Source of the DNA: Alphaproteobacteria bacterium
GTDB lineage: Bacteria > Pseudomonadota > Alphaproteobacteria > CAAGCB01 > CAG-977
Reading direction: 5' to 3'
NCBI GenBank assembly: GCA_900768185.1
Contig: CAAGCB010000029.1
Location: 204,856 to 268,855, forward strand
DNA: 64,000 nucleotides
This document shows, one piece after another, positions 1 to 8,533 of this stretch. The notes under the pieces were generated by a model, which was not told where the DNA came from, ran no database searches, and worked only from the letters and a program-made list of their open reading frames with translations. The translations under genes were made by a program, and so were the position numbers. The number at the start of each line of letters is the position of its first letter. The stretch's first letter is position 1.

Positions 1-114
1 GCCGACAAGATCGAAACATTGCTGGCAAGCGAAGCCGTTCAACGCGATCTGATCGTCCGCGACGACGAAGAAAACGCCGACGAACAAACGGAAGACAAAA
101 AATCCGATGATTAA
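1..114 (+). CDS. 3' end of an upstream gene (partial). Acidic C-terminal tail ...RDDEENADEQTEDKKSDD. Stop overlaps the next start (ATGATTAA).
   Basis: Open frame from the window edge to TAA at 112-114. Function unknown. Confidence 0.3.
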   Translation, partial: ADKIETLLASEAVQRDLIVRDDEENADEQTEDKKSDD

Positions 115-889
115 AGCTGCCTTTTTTGACATTGACGGCACGCTGATCAGCTTTAAAACGCACACGATGCCCGAATCGACCAAGCGGGCGCTGGCGGCTT
201 TGCGTCACAACGGCGTCAAAGTCTTCATCGCCACGGGACGCGCGCCGAACAACATCGAATTCATCAAAAAAATGTTCGATTTCGACGGCTTTGTCTGTTT
301 CAACGGTCAGCTGTGTCTGGAAACGGACGGCACGGTTTTATACGACCACCCGCTGCCCAAACGCGATATCGACGCGGTTCTGCCCTATATGAACGAACAC
401 AAAATCGCGTGCTGCTTTGAAATGGCGTACCGGCAGGTGTTCAATATGGTGGATCGGCGCGTGCAGGATCTGCTGGCGTATGTCAACGAACCCGCCGTGA
501 AACCGGAAGACATCGTCGACGTATCGGAAATGACGCAGAACTTTTACCAGCTGTCCGCCTATATCACGCCGGACGAAGAGGAAAGCCTGATGCGCCATAT
601 GCCCGATTGCAAAGCGATGCGCTGGCACGAACTGTTCGTCAACATCGTCGGCAAAGACGGCGGCAAACCCGTCGGCATTGCCAAAGTCTGCGAAAAATAC
701 GGTTACGACATCAACGACGTGATCGCGTTCGGCGACGGCGGCAACGACATCGACATGCTGAAATCGGTCGGCACCGGCGTCGCGATGGGCAACGCGGGCG
801 AAAACGTCAAAAAAATTGCCGATTACGTCACGACGGATGTTGACGGCGACGGCATTTTCAACGCCTTGCAGCATTTTGAACTGATTTAA
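107..889 (+). CDS. Cof-type HAD-IIB family sugar-phosphatase/hydrolase
   Basis: N-terminal FFDIDGTL (HAD motif I), C-terminal FGDGGNDIDML (motif IV), about 260 aa, typical Cof size. Confidence 0.85.
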   Translation: MIKAAFFDIDGTLISFKTHTMPESTKRALAALRHNGVKVFIATGRAPNNIEFIKKMFDFDGFVCFNGQLCLETDGTVLYDHPLPKRDIDAVLPYMNEHKIACCFEMAYRQVFNMVDRRVQDLLAYVNEPAVKPEDIVDVSEMTQNFYQLSAYITPDEEESLMRHMPDCKAMRWHELFVNIVGKDGGKPVGIAKVCEKYGYDINDVIAFGDGGNDIDMLKSVGTGVAMGNAGENVKKIADYVTTDVDGDGIFNALQHFELI

Positions 890-914
890 AAAGCCCCCGA
901 AGACCGCTTTTCTG

Positions 915-1487
915 TCAGACAACCGTCAAAACGATTTTATCGGCGGCGGCGATTTCATCGGACGCGTTTTTTATTAAATCGCCCAGACGTTCCGTTTTTA
1001 ATCCCGTCAAAACAGACAAAGAAGCCAGATGTTCTTGATGTCCGCTTTTTAAAGCCGCGTAGTTAAACAAAACAAATCTTCGGATTTGCGATATTTTCCG
1101 CGCCTGTTCGGTTTCGGCTTTCGTCATGTCTTTCTTGTCCATTTCAACATAAACGGCATCGGGGGAATATTTCCACACGCCGCCAGACAGAAAATCCGTT
1201 GTCCAACTGTAGACAGAGGAAAGATTTATAATGCTGACCGTATTGAACTGTGACGTCAAAGGAACGATCGCGTCCTGATATCCTTCCTTTTTCAACATAA
1301 TAATCACATTGCCGGAGGTGCGTTTCAAATCGACGGCGCAAGGCGTTGAACACATCGGCATACCGTTGACATAAACTTTGGCTTCGGGAGCGTTGGTGTT
1401 GACGGTAACGTTTTGTTGCGTTCCCGAAAAAACGGTGCCGCAGCCCGATAACAGGAAAAGGGCGATAACTGCTTGAAATTTTTTCAT
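915..1487 (-). CDS. PEGA-domain lipoprotein
   Basis: Start taken at the internal MKKFQAVIALFLLSGCG: signal peptide plus lipobox LSGC, AGGAGA RBS upstream. VNTNAPEAKVYVNGMP...EGY matches the PEGA domain pattern. The ORF track extends to 1556 with no RBS. Confidence 0.6.
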   Translation of the reverse strand: MKKFQAVIALFLLSGCGTVFSGTQQNVTVNTNAPEAKVYVNGMPMCSTPCAVDLKRTSGNVIIMLKKEGYQDAIVPLTSQFNTVSIINLSSVYSWTTDFLSGGVWKYSPDAVYVEMDKKDMTKAETEQARKISQIRRFVLFNYAALKSGHQEHLASLSVLTGLKTERLGDLIKNASDEIAAADKIVLTVV

Positions 1488-1948
1488 GATTTCTCCTGAA
1501 TGTAAAATAAAACCGCCTGATGAAAGGCGGTCGGGAGCTGAAAAAATCGTAAGCAATTACAAAAACGACCCTCTGTGCATTACTGCACAAAGACTCCCGA
1601 CCCTTATACATCAAGTCAGGAATAAAAGCCCTCTGCGCCATAGCACAAAGGGTCAGGCTGTAATTGCTTTAAAGAGTTTTTTCAGGACTCCGCCCCTTTT
1701 CAGGCACTTGACACACGTTTACCGTATATCCGGAAAAATAATGACAGATCGGCAAATAAATGTAAATAATAAATACGGACGCTATACAAGAAAGACGGCG
1801 CATAAGCGAAAACGCAAGGAAAAACCCGATAACCCGTCAACGCCCGCCGTTTCAATCATGCCGCGCGTCTTTAACCGATACGTTTCGACAGCGTCGGCGT
1901 TATCGCTTTTTTTGAACAGGCGACGATATTTAAGCGTTTTGAACCGAT

Positions 1949-2983
1949 TTAGAAATTCAGTTTGAAATCCAGTGTTCCCGCGTGATCCTGATAGTCTTTT
2001 TTGAACTTTCCGCTGTAAGTCAGGGATATTTCCGCCCTGACGCCGAACGCGACCGATACGCCCGCCCCCGCTTCCGCGCCGAAACGCTTCTGTCGTTCGC
2101 CCGCGACGTTGTAGACCGCCCCGCCCGCCGAAACGATTTCGCCTTTGACGGCGGTTCCGGCGAAATCGTATGTCGCCGCCGCTTTCAAATACGGAGTAAC
2201 GCCGACGTTCGGCGCGGCGTTCAGACGATAATCGCCCGACAGCTTCAATCCGCCGACCGCCATCCAAATGTTTTGCGCGGTCGTTTTAACGACCAAATCC
2301 GACGCGTTCGTGAAATTATCCTGCTCCACCGTTGTAAAGCGGACGGCGATTTCGGGGGTCAGCGGCGCGTCATATCCCGCCGCGATCTGCGCGGCAAACG
2401 CCGTCGCGTCGTAATCGCTTTTCAAACGCTCCGTTTTCGTCGTTTCGTCGTATTCCGACAATCCCAAAACCAAAACGGCGTTGACATAGGCGCGTTCAGG
2501 CTGATACGTCCCGTACAGAAAAGTCGAATGCGTTTTAACGTCCGTGTCGCGGCTGTCCGTGGAAATGTCCGTTTTCACATAGGCGTACCCCAGCCCGAAT
2601 TTGAAATTTTCGGACGTGTTGTTTTCAATTCCGATCACGGCGCCGTACATTGACGCGTCAAATCCGTCCGCCTTGCCTTTTCGGGCGTCCTGTTTGACGT
2701 ATCCGCCCTGTCCGACCGCCCACGGCGTGACGCGTTCGGGATCGAAACCGCCGCCCGAACGCCCGTAATAAACGCCGCCGTGCGCGGACGAAAAGAAACG
2801 ATTGGTGTCAAATCCGCCCATGCGGCTTCTGGCGATATCCATGACGGACAAAACCGTTCCGCGCGCCGAACGCCAAACGGCTTGCGTCGCGTCGGGCAAA
2901 ACCTCCGCCGTCGGCGCGGCGGCTGCGGCGTCAAAAGAAAAAAGCAGAACGGCGCACGCCGGCAATAAAGATTTTGGAAACAT
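1949..2983 (-). CDS. Outer-membrane beta-barrel protein (autotransporter beta-domain-like/OMP)
   Basis: N-terminal signal peptide (LLPACAVLLFSFDAAAAAP). Alternating amphipathic beta-strand pattern, C-terminal ...FKLNF with terminal Phe typical of OM barrels. Confidence 0.5.
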   Translation of the reverse strand: MFPKSLLPACAVLLFSFDAAAAAPTAEVLPDATQAVWRSARGTVLSVMDIARSRMGGFDTNRFFSSAHGGVYYGRSGGGFDPERVTPWAVGQGGYVKQDARKGKADGFDASMYGAVIGIENNTSENFKFGLGYAYVKTDISTDSRDTDVKTHSTFLYGTYQPERAYVNAVLVLGLSEYDETTKTERLKSDYDATAFAAQIAAGYDAPLTPEIAVRFTTVEQDNFTNASDLVVKTTAQNIWMAVGGLKLSGDYRLNAAPNVGVTPYLKAAATYDFAGTAVKGEIVSAGGAVYNVAGERQKRFGAEAGAGVSVAFGVRAEISLTYSGKFKKDYQDHAGTLDFKLNF

Positions 2984-3109
2984 GAAATCACCTTAAAAAA
3001 ACAACAGAATCATTATGACGCGAACATTTTAACAAAAACTTGCGTCGTTTTTAAAATCGCGGACGAAAAAGCCGCCTCGAAAGGCGGCTCTTTCGCAAAG
3101 ATCGGGGAA

Positions 3110-3655
3110 TCAATCCGCGTTTTCATCGGTTTCGCCGACATCTCCGCCTTCGGACGGAGCCGCCATCGCTTTAACCAGATCCAGAAGCCTTTTTGCGGCG
3201 CGGCGATCGGGAATCATATAATAACACCGCACCAGTTCCAGCGTTTCGCGTTTCGTCATCGGATCGAAATTAAACGCGACGGGTTCTTCCGCCAATTCGC
3301 CCGCGCCCGCCAACATGCGCGGCGACGCCCCCGCGACCTGATCGTCCATGTCTTCGAAAAAGAAACTGATCGGCACTTCCAGCACTTTGCCGATATCAAA
3401 CAGGCGGCTGGCGCTGATCCGGTTCATGCCGCGTTCGTATTTCTGCACCTGCTGAAAAGTCAGTCCGATTTGCTCGCCCAGTTTTTCCTGACTCATTCCC
3501 AGCAGAGTGCGGCGCATTTTAACGCGCGCGCCGACATAAACATCAATGGGATTCGGCGCACCGTCCGCCGTTCTGCCCCGCGATGATTTTTTTGTTCTGT
3601 CCATAAGCTTGTTCCCCATGCGTAAAAAGCCCAAGCACCTGATCTTTCCCTGCAA
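3110..3655 (-). CDS. XRE-family helix-turn-helix transcriptional regulator
   Basis: LLGMSQEKLGEQIGLTFQQVQKYERGMNRISASRLFDIGKVLEVPISFFF is a Cro/C1-type HTH. The real start may lie downstream of the ORF-track start. Confidence 0.75.
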   Translation of the reverse strand: MQGKIRCLGFLRMGNKLMDRTKKSSRGRTADGAPNPIDVYVGARVKMRRTLLGMSQEKLGEQIGLTFQQVQKYERGMNRISASRLFDIGKVLEVPISFFFEDMDDQVAGASPRMLAGAGELAEEPVAFNFDPMTKRETLELVRCYYMIPDRRAAKRLLDLVKAMAAPSEGGDVGETDENAD

Positions 3656-3775
3656 CGGATAATCTCCGCTTTTTATCGGAAAATCAATTAAAAAAACGGG
3701 GCGGCGCGGAAAAAATCAGTCACTGATTTTCTTTTTTATTTTGCCGTTTCGAACAAAGCGCGCTATTTTAAAAAA

Positions 3776-6175
3776 ATGTTAACGGCTTGGGATTCAATTC
3801 TTGCGAAAGTAATCGTTTCGGTGTTTTTTCACCCGAAAGCGCTTGTTTTCATCTGCTTGGCGTTTTTTTCGGGAATTGCCGCGGCTTTTTTCGTTTTGAC
3901 CCGTCGTTTGAAAAAGCTGCGTTTCATCGCTGAAAGGTTGAACACCGCCGAACTGGCTTTGGACAGTTTTCCAGACGGATATTTTCTGTGGATATACGAT
4001 TCCGTCGGATTCTTGCAAAAAACGCGCTGTTCGCGACGACTGGCGGTTATGCTGAATTTGACGCGCGGTTTCGATGCGCCGTTTGACGCCCTGTTGGAAC
4101 ACTTTACCCCCGACGGCGCCGATTTGCTGACGGCAAGCCTGAACGAAATGCGCGCGAACGACACGCCGTTCGCCGTTGAACTGCCCGACGCGTCGCGAAC
4201 GCGCGGCTTTCGCATAACGGGCTTTCGCAACAAAACCGCCGATAAAAAAACGATCGACGTTTTATGGGTGCGTGAAATCACCGAAACGACCAAACAACTG
4301 ACGGAATTGCGGGACAAAACAAAATCGCTGGAATCGCGAAACGCCCTGCTTGAACAAATATTCGACGCCCTGCCCGTTCCGCTGTGGGCGCGAAACGACG
4401 GTTATCAAATCGTCCTGTGCAATTCCGCCTATGCCGTTATCGCGCGCGCCGAAAATCCGGAAAAGGCGGTTCTGCTGGGCAGCGAACTGGTGTATGAAAA
4501 ATCGGCGAACGAAGCGAAAATCATCGCTTCGACCGCCCGCGCCATGGGGAAAAGATACGTTTCGGACGAATACGTCGTCATCGACGGCAAACGCCGTCTG
4601 GTCAACGTGAACGAAACTCTTTTGCCCGCCCGCGCCGGCATTAAAAACGGCACGGTCGGTTTTTTAAAAGACGTCACACCGGAACACGAATTGCGAAACG
4701 CTCTGCGACGACAGGCGGAGGCGCACGAAGAAGTTTTGGAACATCTGAAAACGGCGATTGCCGTGTTTGACGCCGACATGCGTCTGCAATTCTACAACAT
4801 GGCGTTTTTAAAGCTGTGGAATCTGGACGAAAAGGTACTGGACAGCTCGCCAAGCTATCCGCATTTGCTGGATATCCTGCGCGAAAATCGAAAACTGCCC
4901 GAAAACCGCGATTTCGCCGCCTATAAAAGCCGTGAAATCAAGTTTTTCACAACGCTGGTTTCGGCAACCGAGGACGTCATGCATCTGCCTTCGGGCGTGA
5001 CGCTGCGCCGCACACTGACACCGCACCCGCTGGGCGGATTGCTGATCACCTACGAAGACGTGACGGGGCATCTGACGATGGAACGGTCGATGACCGTTTT
5101 GAACGAAACGCAGCACACCGTTCTGAACCACCTGCGCGAAGCGATCCTGCTGTTCGGCGGCGACGGGCGTCTGCGTCTGGCGAACGAAGCGTATCTGACG
5201 CTGTGGGAAATCGGGGACGCGGGCTTTAATTCCCGCCCGATGACGATCGGCGAAGTGCTGGACGGTCAAAAACCGTTTTTTGAAAACGAAGAAAACTGGG
5301 AATCGTTGAAAGAACAGCTGCTGGGCGTCGTGAACGCGCATACGGGCGAAGCGTTTCAAATCCTGCGTCCCGACGGCAAAGTGCTGGAATTTCTGGCGGC
5401 GGGATTGCCCGACGGCGGTATTTTCGTTTCTTTTCTGGACGTGACGGAAGTGGAAAAAAATTCGTCAATCGCGCTGGAAAAGGAGGCTTTGCTCAGCCGT
5501 TTCAAGCAAACGACCGTTCAAGCCGAAAAATTGCGCGCCGTTTTTTTGGAACAACTGGGACGAGAAATCAGTCCCCAACTGACGGCTTTGGACGATGCGG
5601 CGAATCTGCTGGGCGATTCGCGACGCCGCATGAATCAAAAACAAAAAGCCTGCCTGCAAAAAGTCGCCGACGCGACGGCGGAACTGAAAACCCTGTTCGG
5701 AGACATGGCGGATCTGGCGCTGATCGAAACGGGATCGGCGGTTTTGGAACTGGACAGCGTCGATATTCCCGAATTGCTGGACGGCGTTCTGTTGGGCGTG
5801 CGCGAACAGGCTAAAAACAAAAACGTCGCGCTGAACGTGTCTTTGCCCGAAAAGCCCCCGCTGCTGATCGCCGATAAAAAACGGCTGAAACAGGTTTTGT
5901 TCTATCTGGTCGGCAACGCCGTCGGCGCGACGTTCAAAGACGGCGCGGTCGATCTGTCCGTGACGGAGGACGATAAAAGTCTGATCATCACGCTGACGGA
6001 ACGGTCGCTGGACGTGAAAAACGACTTCGACACCGTAAATTTCGCCGCGCAAAACGGTTTTGCGTCGGCGCTGATTCGCGGCTTTATCGAAATGCACGGC
6101 GGGACGCTGGGCGTTTCGGACAAAAACGGGACAAAGAAAACGCAAATCCGTCTGCCCGTCCATCGCGAAATTTAA
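3776..6175 (+). CDS. Membrane-anchored multi-PAS histidine-kinase-like protein. H-box phosphoacceptor His replaced (GREISPQLT) and G1/G2 boxes degenerate, so a probable pseudokinase.
   Basis: N-terminal TM segment(s), repeated PAS-like blocks, a DHp-like helix region and an N-box (LFYLVGNAVG) present. No His between the last PAS and the CA domain. G2 reads NGFASALIRG instead of GxGLGL. Confidence 0.65.
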   Translation: MLTAWDSILAKVIVSVFFHPKALVFICLAFFSGIAAAFFVLTRRLKKLRFIAERLNTAELALDSFPDGYFLWIYDSVGFLQKTRCSRRLAVMLNLTRGFDAPFDALLEHFTPDGADLLTASLNEMRANDTPFAVELPDASRTRGFRITGFRNKTADKKTIDVLWVREITETTKQLTELRDKTKSLESRNALLEQIFDALPVPLWARNDGYQIVLCNSAYAVIARAENPEKAVLLGSELVYEKSANEAKIIASTARAMGKRYVSDEYVVIDGKRRLVNVNETLLPARAGIKNGTVGFLKDVTPEHELRNALRRQAEAHEEVLEHLKTAIAVFDADMRLQFYNMAFLKLWNLDEKVLDSSPSYPHLLDILRENRKLPENRDFAAYKSREIKFFTTLVSATEDVMHLPSGVTLRRTLTPHPLGGLLITYEDVTGHLTMERSMTVLNETQHTVLNHLREAILLFGGDGRLRLANEAYLTLWEIGDAGFNSRPMTIGEVLDGQKPFFENEENWESLKEQLLGVVNAHTGEAFQILRPDGKVLEFLAAGLPDGGIFVSFLDVTEVEKNSSIALEKEALLSRFKQTTVQAEKLRAVFLEQLGREISPQLTALDDAANLLGDSRRRMNQKQKACLQKVADATAELKTLFGDMADLALIETGSAVLELDSVDIPELLDGVLLGVREQAKNKNVALNVSLPEKPPLLIADKKRLKQVLFYLVGNAVGATFKDGAVDLSVTEDDKSLIITLTERSLDVKNDFDTVNFAAQNGFASALIRGFIEMHGGTLGVSDKNGTKKTQIRLPVHREI

Positions 6176-6264
6176 AATTTCCAACCGTTTGCTTTGTCCG
6201 TTTTTTTGTCGATTTTTAGCAAAAAAACTTTTCATTTGAATCCGTTGCTGTATAATAAAAGCAA

Positions 6265-7023
6265 ATGGCAACGGTTTTGCCGCTCGTTTTTTTACGGGGT
6301 TTGAAGATGGAAGAAAACAAGAAAAAACGCATTCGGCTGTCCGACGACAGCAAATTGGTTTGGCAGCAACGTCACGCGGACGATAAAAACGTCCATTCCA
6401 ACATCGTGCGCGACAACAGCGTGCTGTACCGTAACGCCCAAGCCGCCAAAGAGGCGGAAGACCGCATGTACGCGGAACGTCTGAACCGCGAAAAGGAAAC
6501 GCGCGAAACGCCAGCCGCCGAAAAACAACGCCGCGAGGATTTGCGCCGGATCGAGGAAAAACTGGAAGTCCGCAACACCATCATGCGCCAGGAACACAGG
6601 CTGGGCATGGACGGCATGATGTCTTTCGACGACATCGCGCGGGCGCAGGAATCGAACAAATACGTCGGCACGAACAAACCGTTGAACGTCAAAAAGCGCG
6701 ACGTGCGCGGCTTGACGGGAAAAACGAAACGCAAACGGTCGTCGCAGCGTCTGTTGCCGTCCGAACGCAGACAGCGTCTGTCGCGCGCCAGAATCGAACA
6801 CGGACGTAAAAAATATCTGGAAAAAACAGCGCGCAAGGAATTGTACATCAAGGACTCGAACGGCAACAAAATCAGCATTGAACGCTTGCGTAAATTGCGC
6901 GGGCTGGATAAAAACCGCGCCGTAACCAAAAGCGACGCGCGAATCGCCCAAAAACAGATCGCCCGCGACGCGGGACGCGGCAACGCTTTGCGCATTCGCA
7001 AACGCGACGAATACACGCGCTGA
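6265..7023 (+). CDS. Hypothetical highly basic, K/R/E-rich low-complexity protein
   Basis: Long ORF with extreme charge bias (many KKR/RR/EE runs), TATAAT about 10 bp upstream. Alternative start MEENKKK at 6307. No recognisable domain. Confidence 0.4.
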   Translation: MATVLPLVFLRGLKMEENKKKRIRLSDDSKLVWQQRHADDKNVHSNIVRDNSVLYRNAQAAKEAEDRMYAERLNREKETRETPAAEKQRREDLRRIEEKLEVRNTIMRQEHRLGMDGMMSFDDIARAQESNKYVGTNKPLNVKKRDVRGLTGKTKRKRSSQRLLPSERRQRLSRARIEHGRKKYLEKTARKELYIKDSNGNKISIERLRKLRGLDKNRAVTKSDARIAQKQIARDAGRGNALRIRKRDEYTR

Positions 7024-7062
7024 TTTTTTATGTGAAAAAGAACGGACGGAAACAGCGGATTC

Positions 7063-8031
7063 TTGACTTTATCCGCTGTTTTCTTTTTAATGGCGGAAAA
7101 TGTTTTTTTATCGAAAGGATTTCGAATCGTGTTGTTGCGTTTGACGCTGTTGCTGATCGGTCTGGCGTCGTCCTACGGCGGCAGTTTGTGCTTTAAATCG
7201 GGAAACCCCGCGGACATGGCGGTCGGCGCGGGCGCGATTTTGGTCGGAATTTTCAGCTTTTTTTTCCTCAGCAAAGGATTGTGGAAAATCCTGGGCTGTC
7301 TGACAACGTTTGTTTTAATGGCGATACTGGTCGGCGCTCTGTTTTTCTTTGTTTCGGGTTCCGATTTGATACACAACGCGACGAACGCGGTCAAAGCGCA
7401 ATTTTCCAAAACCAAAGGTAACGCCGAAACCGCCGCGGAATCCCCCGCCGTTGTCGTCACGCCCGACGGCGTCCCCGTCGAACAACAGCCCGCGCCCCAG
7501 CCGCAACAGCGGCAAATGCCCCCGATTACGGGAAAAATTACGGCGATTTCATCGGGCGACGTGTTTAAAATCGATCGATACGTCATTCGTCTGTACGGCG
7601 TGGCGGCGCCGATGAACGGTCAAAATTGCACGGATGCGAACGATCATTCCTATGAATGCGGTTATGTTTCCGCGCGAAAGCTCAAAGAATTTGTCAACGG
7701 CGACGATGTGACCTGCCGCGTGATGAACATCAACGCCGCGGGCGAATTGATGGCGGCGTGTTCGGTCGGCGCGTTCGACATCGGCGCGGCGATGGTTCAG
7801 GAAGGCTGGGCGGTCGCTTTGCCCGCCGTAACGCCGATTTACGTCCCTTACCAGAATCAGGCGCAGGAAAAACGCAACGGATTATGGGCGGGACGTTTCC
7901 AAATGCCGTGGGAATGGCAACAGGAACAGATGCAACAGCGTCAAGCCGCCGCCGCCGTCACCGTCCCCGACATTCCCGCTCCGCGCACCGCGGGCGGCAA
8001 GAAAAAGAAAAGCATTTTCAATGTCTTCTGA
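7063..8031 (+). CDS. Membrane-anchored thermonuclease (SNase)-like domain protein, active-site residues substituted
   Basis: N-terminal hydrophobic segments and a Q/P-rich linker. SNase-like block GDVFKIDRYVIRLYGVAAPM...EGWAV...NGLWAG, where the canonical RLxGIDAPE reads RLYGVAAPM. Confidence 0.6.
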   Translation: MTLSAVFFLMAENVFLSKGFRIVLLRLTLLLIGLASSYGGSLCFKSGNPADMAVGAGAILVGIFSFFFLSKGLWKILGCLTTFVLMAILVGALFFFVSGSDLIHNATNAVKAQFSKTKGNAETAAESPAVVVTPDGVPVEQQPAPQPQQRQMPPITGKITAISSGDVFKIDRYVIRLYGVAAPMNGQNCTDANDHSYECGYVSARKLKEFVNGDDVTCRVMNINAAGELMAACSVGAFDIGAAMVQEGWAVALPAVTPIYVPYQNQAQEKRNGLWAGRFQMPWEWQQEQMQQRQAAAAVTVPDIPAPRTAGGKKKKSIFNVF

Positions 8032-8533
8032 CGAAACGGAGCGGTTCGTTTTCGAACATTTGACTCAGCCGGATTTGGAAAAAATCGCGGCGGTTTTGGC
8101 GGGGGCGGCGCGTCCCCGCGACGTTTTCGCGCTTTACGGCGATTTGGGGGCGGGAAAATCCGTCTTTGCGCGCGCCTTTGTCCGCGCGCTGACATCGCCC
8201 GACGAAGACGTTCCCAGTCCGACGTTCACTTTGGTGCAAACCTATGACGGTGAAAACACAGCGGGCGAACCGCTGACCGTATGGCATTTCGATTTATACC
8301 GCCTGAAAACGGCGGACGAAATTTACGAAATCGGTTTCGAAGAAGCCCTGTCCGACGGCGTTTCCGTCATCGAATGGTCGGAACGCGCGGCAAAGTTGCT
8401 GCCTCGAAACAGAACGGAAATCACGATCCGCCCCGACGGCGACGCGACGCGAACGGTGATCGTCGTCCCCATGGGCGGAGCGCAAAACAAAACGGAGGTA
8501 TTGAAATCATGCCGGAACGCCTTGACCGCCTGA
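8021..8533 (+). CDS. tsaE: tRNA threonylcarbamoyladenosine biosynthesis protein TsaE
   Basis: LYGDLGAGKSVFARAF P-loop, ...SPTFTLVQTY...HFDLYRL, about 160-170 aa. Conserved position before amgK/murU. Confidence 0.85.
   Translation: MSSDETERFVFEHLTQPDLEKIAAVLAGAARPRDVFALYGDLGAGKSVFARAFVRALTSPDEDVPSPTFTLVQTYDGENTAGEPLTVWHFDLYRLKTADEIYEIGFEEALSDGVSVIEWSERAAKLLPRNRTEITIRPDGDATRTVIVVPMGGAQNKTEVLKSCRNALTA

Noticed and set aside
607-843. 78-aa Arg-rich ORF (MQSDALARTVRQHRRQRRRQTRRH...) inside the Cof hydrolase gene. Similar R-rich small ORFs occur throughout (for example 7656-8063, 36249-36935).
   Set aside because: These are alternative-frame artefacts of GC-rich coding sequence. Every one is embedded in a stronger gene.
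1706-1740. TTGACA followed by TATAT/AAAAAT elements on the plus strand, in the OMP/lipoprotein gap. It was considered as a promoter for a small plus-strand transcript.
   Set aside because: No spacing of 16-18 nt gives an acceptable -10 hexamer. The plus-strand 159-aa ORF (1486-1965) overlapping this region is low-complexity and overlaps the lipoprotein gene's 5' end.
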